Source: Pelotomaculum terephthalicicum JT
GTDB lineage: Bacteria > Bacillota > Desulfotomaculia > Desulfotomaculales > Pelotomaculaceae
NCBI RefSeq assembly: GCF_022410535.1
Contig: NZ_JAKNBL010000023.1
Location: 14,894-46,893 of the forward strand
DNA: 32,000 nucleotides
Direction of reading: 5' to 3'
The number at the start of each line of letters is the position of its first letter. The stretch's first letter is position 1. Below the pieces are notes generated by a model that saw only the letters and a program-made list of their open reading frames with translations, was not told where the DNA came from and did not search any database. The position numbers and the translations under genes are program-made. Of the stretch, positions 1 through 9,394 are shown piece after piece.

Positions 1-2916
1 AGGTTTAACAATCGGTAAAACATTGGCCTTTAATTTTATTTCCGACCGGGCGCTGCTTACAATTATGTCATCTCCAGGTTTTATTCCCAGCTTACCGGCT
101 AAAGTTGGCGATATGGTGGCAAATTCTTCCGGCATCAATTCTACCAGCATGGGGCTGTATCTGGTTCTTACCCCGGTTTGATAATGTTCAATGTAATGGA
201 CGGTGGTAGCCACGTAAGGGAACTCTTTGCTGCCGGTTTCGGCCAATTTAGCAAATTCGCCTTTCCATCTATAAGCCACAGGGTTATTTTGCTGCTTACT
301 CATTAAATTTTTCACCGGACTTTCCACCGGTTCATAGTGTTCCGGCATAGGACCTTCTTTCAAGCCGGAAGGAACAAAAAAGCGTGCCTGCCCTTCAGGA
401 AGCATAATAAAAGGAGCATTGGCTGTCTTTTCCGGTGGTATCGGCGCTTTTGTAGTCGCGTCCGTGATGCCGAAATCGGGAACATCGTTGGTAATCCACT
501 TTGTTCCGTCCCAGGCCATCAAGGCTTTATCCTTTTTCCATGGCCGACCGGCCGGGTCAGCCGAACAACGGTTATAAACAATGTGCCGGTTCAAAGGCCA
601 GACAAAGGTCCATTTCGGATATACACCAAGCCCGCTTTTATCCTCCGTGCCGTGCCTTTTGGTAGCGGGCACCTTTAACAACGGGTTCTGCTCTTGGGGG
701 TCAATGTAATAATAACCAGCGTAAATCCATACACCACAGGCAGTAGAACCATCATCTTTAAGGTCGCCAAAAGTACCTAAAACCCGACCGTCCGCCACAT
801 TATAACCGTTCATTTCAATCGCTATTTTTTCTATATCCGGCTCGTCCTGTCCCGGCTTATCATAATTCCAAACCATGTTTAAAATAGGATCAGTAAATTT
901 GCCGCCGCTCCGGTATTCCTGGCGGACAGCTTTAAATATCCGGTCAGCAATCCAGAGATCGCTTTTTGCCTCGCCGGGCGGTTCAACAGCCTTCCAGCGC
1001 CATTGAACATGGCGTGAACTGTTTGTTCTCGTGCCTTCTTTTTCGTAAATGTGAGCTGCCGGCAACAGGAAAACTTCGGTTTTTATATCCGCCGGGTTTA
1101 CTCCCGGACGCTTCCAGAAAGCGGCTGTTTCGTTTTCAAATACATCAACGCAGACCATCCATTCCGCGTTTTCCAGGGCTTTGACCTCGTGTTTAGCATC
1201 CGGCCCGGCTACGGAAGGATTTTCAGCCCAGCAAAAGACACCTTTAATTTCTCCTTCTGCCAGGGAGGCATAGGAAGACATGTGGGAATGGTCTTTCCCG
1301 TCTGATTTAGGCAACCAGTCATAGCAAAAGTCATTTTCTTTGGTGGCTTTTTCCCCGTACCAGGCCTTGAGCAGACTGGCCAAGAATTTGGGTTTGTTAG
1401 ACCAGTATCCCGCCTTGGGCGTTTCCACCTCCAGGTAGTCTTTATACGTGGGATGTTTTGTCGCATCGGGGACATTAAGATAGCCCGTAATATTATTCCA
1501 CAGCATCCCCATGTCACAGGCGCCCTGAACATTTGATTGCCCCCGTTGGGGGTTAAGGCCGCCACCGGGCATGCCTACATTGCCCAGCAAGAGTTGCACC
1601 ATGGTGGTTGCCCGTGTGTTTTGAGTTCCGTAACTGTGCTGGGTGATTCCCAGTACGTAAATTAAATTGCCTGCTTTATCCGGTTTTCCCGACTCGCAAT
1701 AAGTAGAGTAAGCCTTCCGTAAAATATCTTCCGGTGTTCCCGTGACTTGACTGACCGTTTTTATGTCGTACCGGGAAACATGCTTTTTCATGATTTGCCA
1801 GACGCACTGGGGATCCTGTAAAGTGGGGTCCTTTTTAATATTATCGCCGTCTTTTTGGTAAGCCCAGCTTGCAGTGTTATAGGATAGTTTGCCGTCTTTT
1901 TCCTCTAAACCGGAAAAAACACCATCCGCAAAATTATAATCAGGACTGATTAAGTAAGAAGCGTTGGTATAGTTATTCACATACTCATGCTGGTAAAGAT
2001 CATTTTCAATGGCGTAGTTTATCAGACCGTAAAGAAAAGCAATGTCTGTCCCCGGACGCAAAGGAACGTAAATATCCGCCTGGGACGCTGTTTTAGTAAA
2101 TCTCGGGTCAACGACAATGATTTTGGCTCCTTTTTCCTTGGCCTTGCCAATGTGACGCATGGCCATGGGGTGAGCTTCGGCCGGGTTGGATCCAATAATT
2201 AAAAATATGTCTGTATTTTTATAATCAACAAAACTATTAGTCATTACTCCCCGACCAAATGTATTAGCCAGACCGGCTACGGTTGGGGCGTGTCAGAGAC
2301 GGGCGCAATGGTCAAGATCAACCACACCCAGGGATCCCCGCATGAGCTTATTTATTATATAGTCCTCTTCGTTATTAATATTAGCGCTGCCCATCTGGCA
2401 GATGGCCATGCAGCGGTTAACCGTGACACCTTTACCGTCTTTTTCTGTAAAGTGTTCATCCCGGGTCTTTTTTACCCGCTTGGCGATTTCAGGTATAGCC
2501 CAGTCCCAGGTTTTTTCTTCCCACTTGGTGCCGCCAGGGGCACGGTAAAGAACCTTCGTTAACCGATTCGGGTTGGGCACACGCTGACGATTTTTATCTA
2601 CAATGGTATAGACATCCGTGAGAGCCATCCCTTTGGGACATAAAGACCCTTCGTTAATAGGACTATCAGGATCCCCTTCAATAAAAACCACCTTATCGTT
2701 TTCTGAATGAACAATAATACTACAACCACATCCACAATAAGAACAGCCAGAAGCAGTTTCTTTGGTTTTCTTTAATTTTAAAGGACCCAAATCAAAACTA
2801 TGCAAATTTTCTTCAGCTAAAGCAGGTGTTGCGCTGACTCCTTCAAGTAAAGCCGTTCCGGCCGCGCCTACTCCCAAATACTTTAAGAAATCACGGCGGC
2901 TAATACCTTTTTTCAT
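1..2916 (-). CDS. fdhA: Formate dehydrogenase catalytic subunit (Mo/W-bis-pterin family), Tat-exported and selenocysteine-containing; the C-terminus runs off the left window edge
   Basis: Track ORF 2293-2916 starts MKKGISRRDFLKYLGVGAAG..ALA (twin-arginine signal) and has CSYCGCGCS..LCPKG (N-terminal 4Fe-4S motif). Its stop (TGA, 2293-2295) lies inside the FDH active-site string: ..[35 protein letters not shown] (hand translation of 2221-2292). The same frame is still readable at nt 1-120 (..ISPTLAGKLGIKPGDDIIVSSARSEIKLKANVLPIVKP). AAGGAGG lies about 11 nt upstream of ATG 2916. Confidence 0.9.
2249..2295 (-). promoter_or_regulatory. UGA-Sec codon plus SECIS-like hairpin of fdhA
   Basis: The RNA after the UGA reads CACGCCCCAACCGUAGCCGGUCUGGCUAAUACAUUUGGUCGGGG. 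An apical stem UAGCC/GGCUA with a GGUCU loop (2265-2279) sits on a CCCCAACC/GGUCGGGG lower stem. This closely resembles the E. coli fdhF SECIS as I remember it (..UGCAGGUCUGCA..). Confidence 0.7.
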
Positions 2917-3120
2917 ATTAGTTAATAGTAACCTCCTTATACTTTAGAATAAACCAATAAGTAGTTCTTCAGGCATTCCACCTCTTTTCCTCAAAGTTCT
3001 GAATTTATTGATTTTATTACGTATCTACCGAAACTGCCGAATAAATATCTCTCAATTCAGCCAGTTCCTGGGCATTTTTTTGTTGAGCGATCCCCTTCCC
3101 AAATCTGTAGCTGCTCAGTC

Positions 3121-3840
3121 CTAGTTTGACGATGAGGAAGATAATGGCAATTGGCTAGGGGCGTTTACGTATCCTTCACGAAAAGCCATAATATCCAGAT
3201 GGACCGTGTAAATGTTTTCACAAAATACATCAGCAGTGCCGTCAATTTTCTTCTCGTCGATTGTTTTGATATATCCGGAACAATTTTCACAATAATAAAT
3301 TCCGGTATTTGTCTTCTCCTTCGACTTTTAAAAACTGTGATTCCAGGCTTGCGCAATATGGGCAACCCAGGCGTTGAAAACGCCACTTAACTTCGCATAA
3401 TCCACAATATAAATACCTTTTTGTCATTTTCCTTTTTCAACAAGGACAGGCTGGGCCTGCCTCCACAAACAGGGCATGTGCTTTGCATCCATTCTTCAAG
3501 GTTATATACCCGGTGAAGTAATTTTCCCGGACTGTTTCATCAAAGGCTTAACCGTATGGGTTATCAAGAAGCCGAATATCTCAGGTGAGACATCGTTTTG
3601 GAGAAGAGCAAGCAAATTTGCCCCGGGTTTAAATAATACTTTGTCAACAAATACTTCCCTGTCAGACGCGTTTAACGGAAGAGCCGACAACACCTGCCGG
3701 CATTCGGTTTCCAGGTAAGGGTAATGCGCTATAATAATTTCACCAATCTTTTCTAAAAGAACGAAAAAAAAGTTGGTGTCCACCTTGGGAGTGCAGATAT
3801 TTAACAGAGGGATTCTATTTTCCTGTGCGTAATTTATCAT
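3121..3840 (-). pseudogene. fdhE: fdhE-like FDH accessory gene, 5'-truncated and broken by about 3 frameshifts
   Basis: Hand translation gives four consecutive frame segments. Segment 1: MINYAQENRIPLL..MKQSGKITSPG (track ORF 3502-3840). Segment 2: YNLEEWMQSTCPVCGGRPSLSLLKKENDKK. Segment 3: RYLYCGLCEVKWRFQRLGCPYCASLESQFLKVEGEDKYRN. Segment 4: YYCENCSGYIKTIDEKKIDGTADVFCENIYTVHLDIMAFREGYVNAP..stop (TAG 3121-3123). Together these give the four CxxC pairs typical of FdhE. The frame breaks lie near 3505, 3420 and 3295. In-frame TAA TAG about 20 codons upstream of 3840 leave no room for the usual N-terminal domain. Confidence 0.7.
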
Positions 3841-4437
3841 CTGTGATCCGGGCTGAGCATAAGTAATGCTTTCTTCAGGCAGTGAATCTGGGACAATCTA
3901 TTATAGAAGTCAATAAGTACTTGTGGTGTTATATTGCTGTTTATATTTTTTCTCCCCCTATCTCCTGAAAAAAAACTTCACTAAACTCACAAAATAAATG
4001 CTTCGCTAAACTCACGACAAATTCCTGCTAAATGAACTGTTTTAGATATAATTTTTTATTTATAATTTATTTTTCAAACAAGGAGAAACGTACAAGCTTT
4101 CCTTGATCCTGGAGCGCAACTTCAAGATCGATGTTCTCTATCGTGCCAGAGCCCAGGAAGGGGACAGCAAAACAAACCCCTCTTATCAAATATTTAGATT
4201 ATAGTGCGCCTAGTAACAGCTTTGTAAGCATGCGGTTATTTTAGTGGTAATCCGTCTAATAACCAGCGGAATTCCTAGTAGTAAATTTTTACCATATTGC
4301 CCTGATTTGCCGGCCATTTAAATCACCCCGCTCCAGGCGGCGATAATTATAGAATTTGTAAAAGGGTTAACCTTTATGGGGATTTACCTCAGAACTGTAA
4401 AAGAGTTACTTATTATGGGGGAATTATAAATAGAATG

Positions 4438-4650
4438 TTAACTCAAGCCAATTGTTTCTCCCAGGGCGCATGAGAAAGGGATGTTTTTTGCTTCACTTTT
4501 CTTGAAATTTGTAAAGGCCAGCTCAAACTCGCCGAGAGTCAGAGTCTGGCCTAATTCATTTTCTTTAAATCGGTCAGCGGAAAGTTCAACATTATATATG
4601 GAATAAGAATAATCAATAAAAGGAAAAATAACCCATAGTTGTTCATTCAA
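4438..4650 (-). CDS. Hypothetical 70-aa protein, apparently translationally coupled to the radical SAM gene
   Basis: The TTG start overlaps the rSAM TGA (TATTGAATG context). The C-terminal half (ELSADRFKENELGQTLTLGEFELAFTNFKKSEAKNIPFSCALGETIGLS) looks protein-like. It has one Cys and I recognise no family. Confidence 0.35.
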   Translation of the reverse strand: MNEQLWVIFPFIDYSYSIYNVELSADRFKENELGQTLTLGEFELAFTNFKKSEAKNIPFSCALGETIGLS

Positions 4651-5771
4651 TATTCCATGATTGGTTTCGATTTTACGTCGTTTTTCATTTTATCCAAATG
4701 TCTTAATCTTGGGATTATTTCTTTATGGAGTTCACATGCGACAGATTTCCCTGACGCGGTGCCGGTCAACAACATTTTATCATGCGGACATCCTCCCTGA
4801 CAGGCGGTCCTGCATTCACACTCCCTGCATTCATCCGGGAGATCCGGTTTTGTAAGGTCATAATGAAATGCGCTGCATTGCAATATACTTAAAGGATCCT
4901 CGTCAAAAATTGTTCCGGTTTTAAATGAATGGTCTCTGATACAGGGTCCAACCGTCCCGTCGGGATATACCGCGGCAAGTCTTTTCCCGCAAATATATGG
5001 AGAAGATTCAAAATCCCACGCGGGAATTAAAGTATCCAGCAGGAAGGTAGTATGGACATCGTATTCCTTAATAATATAATTTTCCAATAAGTCACACAAT
5101 TCATGATATCTCTTTAACAATCTTTGTTTGTATTCCGCATCCGTCCCTCTGTATATATCCTTTTGGTATCTTAAACGGTACCCATTTTCTATCCCGAATC
5201 TTGTTATATCAAGAGCTCTCTCCAAGTTATAATCGTCCATTGTGGCTACTATTGTTTGATTAATTACATTTGACCTTTCACTGATTATCTTCATCCTTCT
5301 GGATAGTTCCTCAATACTAATGTCTGTAATATTTGTGTATATCCATTGGATATCTTCAAGATCATCCCAGTTCACGGAATCAATTAAATCACCATTTGTA
5401 TAAAGATACCCCTGCATGCCGTCAGTGTTTTTATAGACTGAATCCATAACCTTTTTAATTCTGTCGGTCCTCAATAATGGCTCCCCACCAAGAAAACCAA
5501 CGGTGTTCACTTTAATGTTATTAACTCTCCAGACTTCAGGAATCCACTCCAGCAATCTTGAAAATGTATTTTCATCCATTTCCATTTTATTATCATCACC
5601 GACTTGATTAAAAGCATAACAATATTCACACCTTCTTGTGCACTCGTATGACAAAAATAAGATGAACCAGAAAAAAGGAAGTTTCGCCCAACCGCCTTCT
5701 CCCTGCAATCTTCCATCTTCTTTAGAATACATTCTTTTTAATTGTTTGACATGTTCTGTTTGTCTTCTCAT
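4647..5771 (-). CDS. Radical SAM enzyme with a complete C-terminal SPASM domain (peptide/protein-modifying maturase architecture)
   Basis: CTRRCEYC is the CX3CX2C motif near residue 44-51. CGKRLAAVYPDGTVGPC (CX10GX4C), then CRECECRTACQGGC (CX2CX5CX3C), then a final Cys make up the 7-Cys SPASM signature. There is no N-terminal RRE/PqqD-like extension. The gene is clearly more AT-rich than its neighbours. Confidence 0.85.
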   Translation of the reverse strand: MRRQTEHVKQLKRMYSKEDGRLQGEGGWAKLPFFWFILFLSYECTRRCEYCYAFNQVGDDNKMEMDENTFSRLLEWIPEVWRVNNIKVNTVGFLGGEPLLRTDRIKKVMDSVYKNTDGMQGYLYTNGDLIDSVNWDDLEDIQWIYTNITDISIEELSRRMKIISERSNVINQTIVATMDDYNLERALDITRFGIENGYRLRYQKDIYRGTDAEYKQRLLKRYHELCDLLENYIIKEYDVHTTFLLDTLIPAWDFESSPYICGKRLAAVYPDGTVGPCIRDHSFKTGTIFDEDPLSILQCSAFHYDLTKPDLPDECRECECRTACQGGCPHDKMLLTGTASGKSVACELHKEIIPRLRHLDKMKNDVKSKPIMEY

Positions 5772-6248
5772 ATTTCTATTCCCTAGCCTTTCTTTATTCT
5801 TTCTAATTAACAGGTTGGAATCAATTCATTTTAACAATAAACCGGGGCACCATCATCTTCACAAAATTATAAAAGACAAACAATAGCAGAAGTCAACTAA
5901 AAAAGGTGGTTTAATAACTGCAGAACTACATCTTCCAAGCGCTACATTCAGAAACTTTTCTCTGTTTTTCAGGATGAGGGCGAGGACGACCACGAAAATA
6001 TTGCCTTTCCTTCTCCCCTCCTTTCTCACATAGAGCAGTCCTCCCTCAACGCAGGCCGTATTCATGTCCCTGAAGTCTTGCCTGACGCGACCGAGATACT
6101 TACTGTGACATATTTGTCGTCAAGCATGCTTATTTAATCAGGCCTCTTTATTGATCACAGGGATAAATTTTCTCTCTCAACTAGGGAGCATGGCGGACAT
6201 TTTATATGAATGGCGGCTATACACATAGTTTACTATTACCATAAGTTT

Positions 6249-6277
6249 ACTATAGCATCCATGGTACCTGATGTCAA
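6249..6277 (-). promoter_or_regulatory. Sigma-A-type promoter pointing toward the rSAM gene
   Basis: The minus strand reads TTGACA (6277-6272), 17 nt, TATAGT (6254-6249). This would give a leader of about 470 nt before ATG 5771. Confidence 0.45.
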
Positions 6278-6543
6278 CATACTTTAGATGTTACCTCCTA
6301 AACCAACATAAGATAAAGCCTAGTTTTCCTTGGTATGACAGGGTCAAAGGAAAATAGACCCTGTATAACAGGAGAGAACCAAGACGATCTTGTGGCAAGA
6401 ACCGGAGGGTTCGTCTGATTTCGTCTGATGCGGTGGAATATGAGCAACGCGAAATTTAATTGGAAACACCGATGCGAGGTTCCATGTCAAGGGCGCGGCT
6501 GCGGCTCTCTTTCGATATCGGTCGAACATGAAAAATGGGCAAT

Positions 6544-7779
6544 TTATATCTCCTCATGCTCAATCAATTGAATCCGCACTTTTTCTCCCGCTTTTACTTT
6601 TGTATTTTCCGGAATTATGATCAGACAATTTGCGTCCCTCATTGAAGTTAGCACGCTTGAATTTTGATTACCAGTTGTTGAAACATAAAATTCATTATCT
6701 TTAATAGTAGCATAGCCTCTTAATAGATTAACCCTGCCCGATTTCTTATTGATATCTTCTTCAAGAAATGCGTTAACGATTGGCTTTAATATCCTATTGG
6801 CACCCATTAATCTTAGTAATGCAGGTCTCACAAATTGAATGAACGATGTAAGCGTGGAAACGGGATTTCCCGGCAGGCCGAAAAACAGTTGATTATCTTT
6901 TTTCCCAAAAATCACCGGCTTGCCTGGTTTAACATTAACCTTTTCAAATTGTATTTCAACATCCAGAGCAAGATAAATATCTTTAACAAAATCGTACCTT
7001 CCCATTGATGCGCCGCCTGTGGATATTACGACGTCAGATTTTAAGGCTTTTAAAAATATTTCCTTCATATCTTTCAAGGTGTCTTTAGCAATGCCTAAAC
7101 AATATGGGATGGCGTTATATTTTTTTACTTCCGAGTATATGGTATACGCATTGACGTTCCTGATTTGACCGGTTCTGATCTCTTCTCCTATATCGGCTAA
7201 TTCATCGCCTGTAGAGATAATTGAAACAATCGGCTGCTTATATACTTTTACCGTGTTATAGTTCAGCGACGCAAGGATACCTACATCCACGGAACTCAAC
7301 CGGTCGCCTTTGCGCAGCACTTTGTCTCCTTTTTTTATATTCTCCCCTGCAAATCTGTAATTTTTGTATTTAACTGTTTCTTGAAATATATTTACATAAC
7401 CGTCTTCTTCTGCTGCATCTTCAAACTTAATTACCGCATCAGCGCCTTCCGGCATCGGAGCGCCGGTCATTATTCTTATCGCCGTTCCTCTTGAAACTTT
7501 TTTGCCGTTAACAGATCCGCCCGACTGTATTTCTCCTGTAATTTGAAGTTTTATCGGGTGATTTATTGACGCCCCAAGCGTGTCTTCTGCGATTACAGCA
7601 TAGCCGTCCATTGCAGAATCATCCGCGGGAGGTATTATTATATCCGATACAATATCCTCATATAAAACACGATTGCATGCTTCCATGATGGAAATGTTTT
7701 CGCAGGTCAGAGGGCTGATAGAATTTAAAATAATTTTTAGCGCTTCTTCAATGGATACCGCTAGATTATTATTTCTCAT
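6544..7779 (-). CDS. moeA: Molybdopterin molybdenum/tungsten transferase MoeA (paralogue 1)
   Basis: 411 aa. Contains PPADDSAMDGYAV, GAPMPEGADAV, STGGASMGRYDFV and GLPGNPVS, the typical MoeA domain order. Confidence 0.9.
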   Translation of the reverse strand: MRNNNLAVSIEEALKIILNSISPLTCENISIMEACNRVLYEDIVSDIIIPPADDSAMDGYAVIAEDTLGASINHPIKLQITGEIQSGGSVNGKKVSRGTAIRIMTGAPMPEGADAVIKFEDAAEEDGYVNIFQETVKYKNYRFAGENIKKGDKVLRKGDRLSSVDVGILASLNYNTVKVYKQPIVSIISTGDELADIGEEIRTGQIRNVNAYTIYSEVKKYNAIPYCLGIAKDTLKDMKEIFLKALKSDVVISTGGASMGRYDFVKDIYLALDVEIQFEKVNVKPGKPVIFGKKDNQLFFGLPGNPVSTLTSFIQFVRPALLRLMGANRILKPIVNAFLEEDINKKSGRVNLLRGYATIKDNEFYVSTTGNQNSSVLTSMRDANCLIIIPENTKVKAGEKVRIQLIEHEEI

Positions 7780-7937
7780 TACAGTGAAAACACCTGCCTA
7801 TATTTCTTACTATAATATTAATAGTTTTACAGAATTAGCTATTGATTCGCCGTGTGTGACACTTGCTACTATTACGTCATTGTCCATTGCGAGACAATAT
7901 CCTAAATAAGCATGACAGGGTTCTTCAGCCTGAACGC

Positions 7938-9149
7938 CTAAGTCAGCAATTGAACATAAATTACCGATCCTTCCTGGAGATAATCTTGTCCTTCAGGTAT
8001 TGACGCCACTGCCGTGGCCTCAGCTATGGAACTCAAGCGGCTGCGTTTTTTCATTGGATGAAAGGTCGGCAACCCTTCATCATGTTCAAGAGTGCCGAAG
8101 AAAAAATCAGTCCAGTCGGACTCACCTTCCCCGATTTCAGAGGCTAGCCTGGCATTAATCATGGGCAGACCCGGTTTTGCATGACCGGAAAGGGTTTGTA
8201 GACCAGGCAAAGCGATTTGTAGGAAGCCCATCAAGTTGGAAGGTGGTCCGCCGGCCAGAACAAATACAGGTTTTTTATCAAGCATGCCGAAGCCGACTGC
8301 CTTGCCGGGCCCCATGCGAATCCGGTGATATATCTCTTTCCATCCAAGCTTTTCAAGGACCTGTACCACCATGTCGCGGTCTCCCATCCACGCCCCTCCG
8401 CTTGTTATCACGGCATCCGTTTCTTCGGAAAATATCTTCAAGGCCCTAAAGATGGCATCAGGATCATCCTTTACAATTGTCATGCGGGTCTTCATTTTAT
8501 ATTTATTGCACCAACCTGCTAAGGTAATAATATTGCTGGCATAGAGCTCACCCTCTGCAAGGGGTTTACCCGGTTCGACAATTTCATCGCCAGTCCCGAT
8601 AATCCCCACAACGGGATTTCTAAAGACAGGGATCATACTGTGCCCTGCCGCGGTAAGGAGACCCGCTATAACAGGAGATATTTTTTGGCCTGTCCGAAGG
8701 ATACATTTCCGTAACGCAACATCGCTGCCGCACCGGAGGATATTCTTGGGTTCAGCAAAGGCCTCTATCAGCACCTCATTGTCTATCAGTTTCACAAATT
8801 CTTCAGCCACTACGGCATCGGCGCCGGTTGGTATACGGGCACCTGTCAATACTCTCACCGCTGTCCCCGGCTTGACCTGAATATCCTTTTCGCCGCCTGC
8901 GGCTATAGAACCCAAGACACGCAGCCGGACAGGGTTTTCAACAGTTGCCTCGGCTACCTCATGGCTTAACACCGCGTAGCCGTCTTTACGGGAGGCATCC
9001 ATGGAAGGGGAGTTCACTAGGACATAGAGATCTGATGCAGCTACACGGTCAACACTGTCAACCAAGGTTACGTTCTCAGTAGAAAGCGGTTTTATGCCCT
9101 CCAGGGTCAAATGCAACGCCTCTTTTAGGCCGAGAGACATGTCTTTCAT
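7938..9149 (-). CDS. moeA: Molybdopterin molybdenum/tungsten transferase MoeA (paralogue 2)
   Basis: 403 aa. Contains PSMDASRKDGYAV, GARIPTGADAVV, TSGGAWMGDRDMV and AGGPPSN. AGGAGG lies 7 nt upstream of ATG 9149. Confidence 0.9.
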   Translation of the reverse strand: MKDMSLGLKEALHLTLEGIKPLSTENVTLVDSVDRVAASDLYVLVNSPSMDASRKDGYAVLSHEVAEATVENPVRLRVLGSIAAGGEKDIQVKPGTAVRVLTGARIPTGADAVVAEEFVKLIDNEVLIEAFAEPKNILRCGSDVALRKCILRTGQKISPVIAGLLTAAGHSMIPVFRNPVVGIIGTGDEIVEPGKPLAEGELYASNIITLAGWCNKYKMKTRMTIVKDDPDAIFRALKIFSEETDAVITSGGAWMGDRDMVVQVLEKLGWKEIYHRIRMGPGKAVGFGMLDKKPVFVLAGGPPSNLMGFLQIALPGLQTLSGHAKPGLPMINARLASEIGEGESDWTDFFFGTLEHDEGLPTFHPMKKRSRLSSIAEATAVASIPEGQDYLQEGSVIYVQLLT

Positions 9150-9232
9150 GGCAACCTCCTATTAGAAAGGTGTAGTTAGTGTTATGTATTTTTTTAAAAG
9201 TATGCACATGATCCTTGTCTCCTTCCTGTTAG

Positions 9233-9261
9233 ATAATAGATGAAATACACGGTAGTGTCAA
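9233..9261 (-). promoter_or_regulatory. Sigma-A-type promoter for the moeA-moeA unit
   Basis: The minus strand reads TTGACA (9261-9256), 17 nt, TATTAT (9238-9233), about 85 nt upstream of the moeA start. Confidence 0.55.
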
Positions 9262-9333
9262 CCTGATTGTATAATTTCTTAAAGAACGGCAAATTGGGAC
9301 ACACATTCCTCTCTTCATCGTTCTTAATGAATG

Positions 9334-9367
9334 AGAAATAAATATGACCCCGCAAAATCGCGGGGCC
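9334..9367 (-). terminator. Rho-independent terminator after bamF
   Basis: RNA GGCCCCGCGAUUUUGCGGGGUCAUAUUUAUUUCU has a 6-bp GC stem CCCCGC/GCGGGG, a 6-nt loop and a U-rich tail. It starts 28 nt after the bamF stop. Confidence 0.75.
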
Positions 9368-9394
9368 TTTGCATGCAAATCGTAATCATATTCT

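Noticed and set aside
2293-2295. The TGA codons at 2293-2295, 10199-10201 and 13150-13152, taken as genuine stops (as in the ORF track)
   Set aside because: Each one lies exactly at a conserved Cys/Sec position inside a family signature (HCARL-U-HAPTV, FVCHW-U-AYGAAD, DCSM-U-ILAPK). Conserved protein sequence continues in the same frame, so Sec recoding is the better reading.
337-2562. Track ORFs 337-678, 966-1184, 1051-1305, 1209-1565, 1987-2202 and 2290-2562
   Set aside because: All are antisense or out of frame within the fdhA coding region. Their sequences are low-complexity and Arg/Pro/Cys-rich, and they have no SD sites.
4081-4200. Frame fragments (GETYKLSLILERNFKIDVLYRARAQEGD on the plus strand; ..GSGTIENIDLEVALQDQGKLVRF on the minus strand), considered as a transposase or gene remnant marking the island edge
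   Set aside because: I could not assign either to a family from memory. They are too short and lack diagnostic motifs, so I make no mobile-element call.
6338-6364. Hairpin ACAGGGUC-N11-GACCCUGU, considered as the moeA terminator
   Set aside because: It has no U-tract after the stem and lies about 180 nt downstream of the moeA stop. It may be structural but is not a canonical intrinsic terminator.
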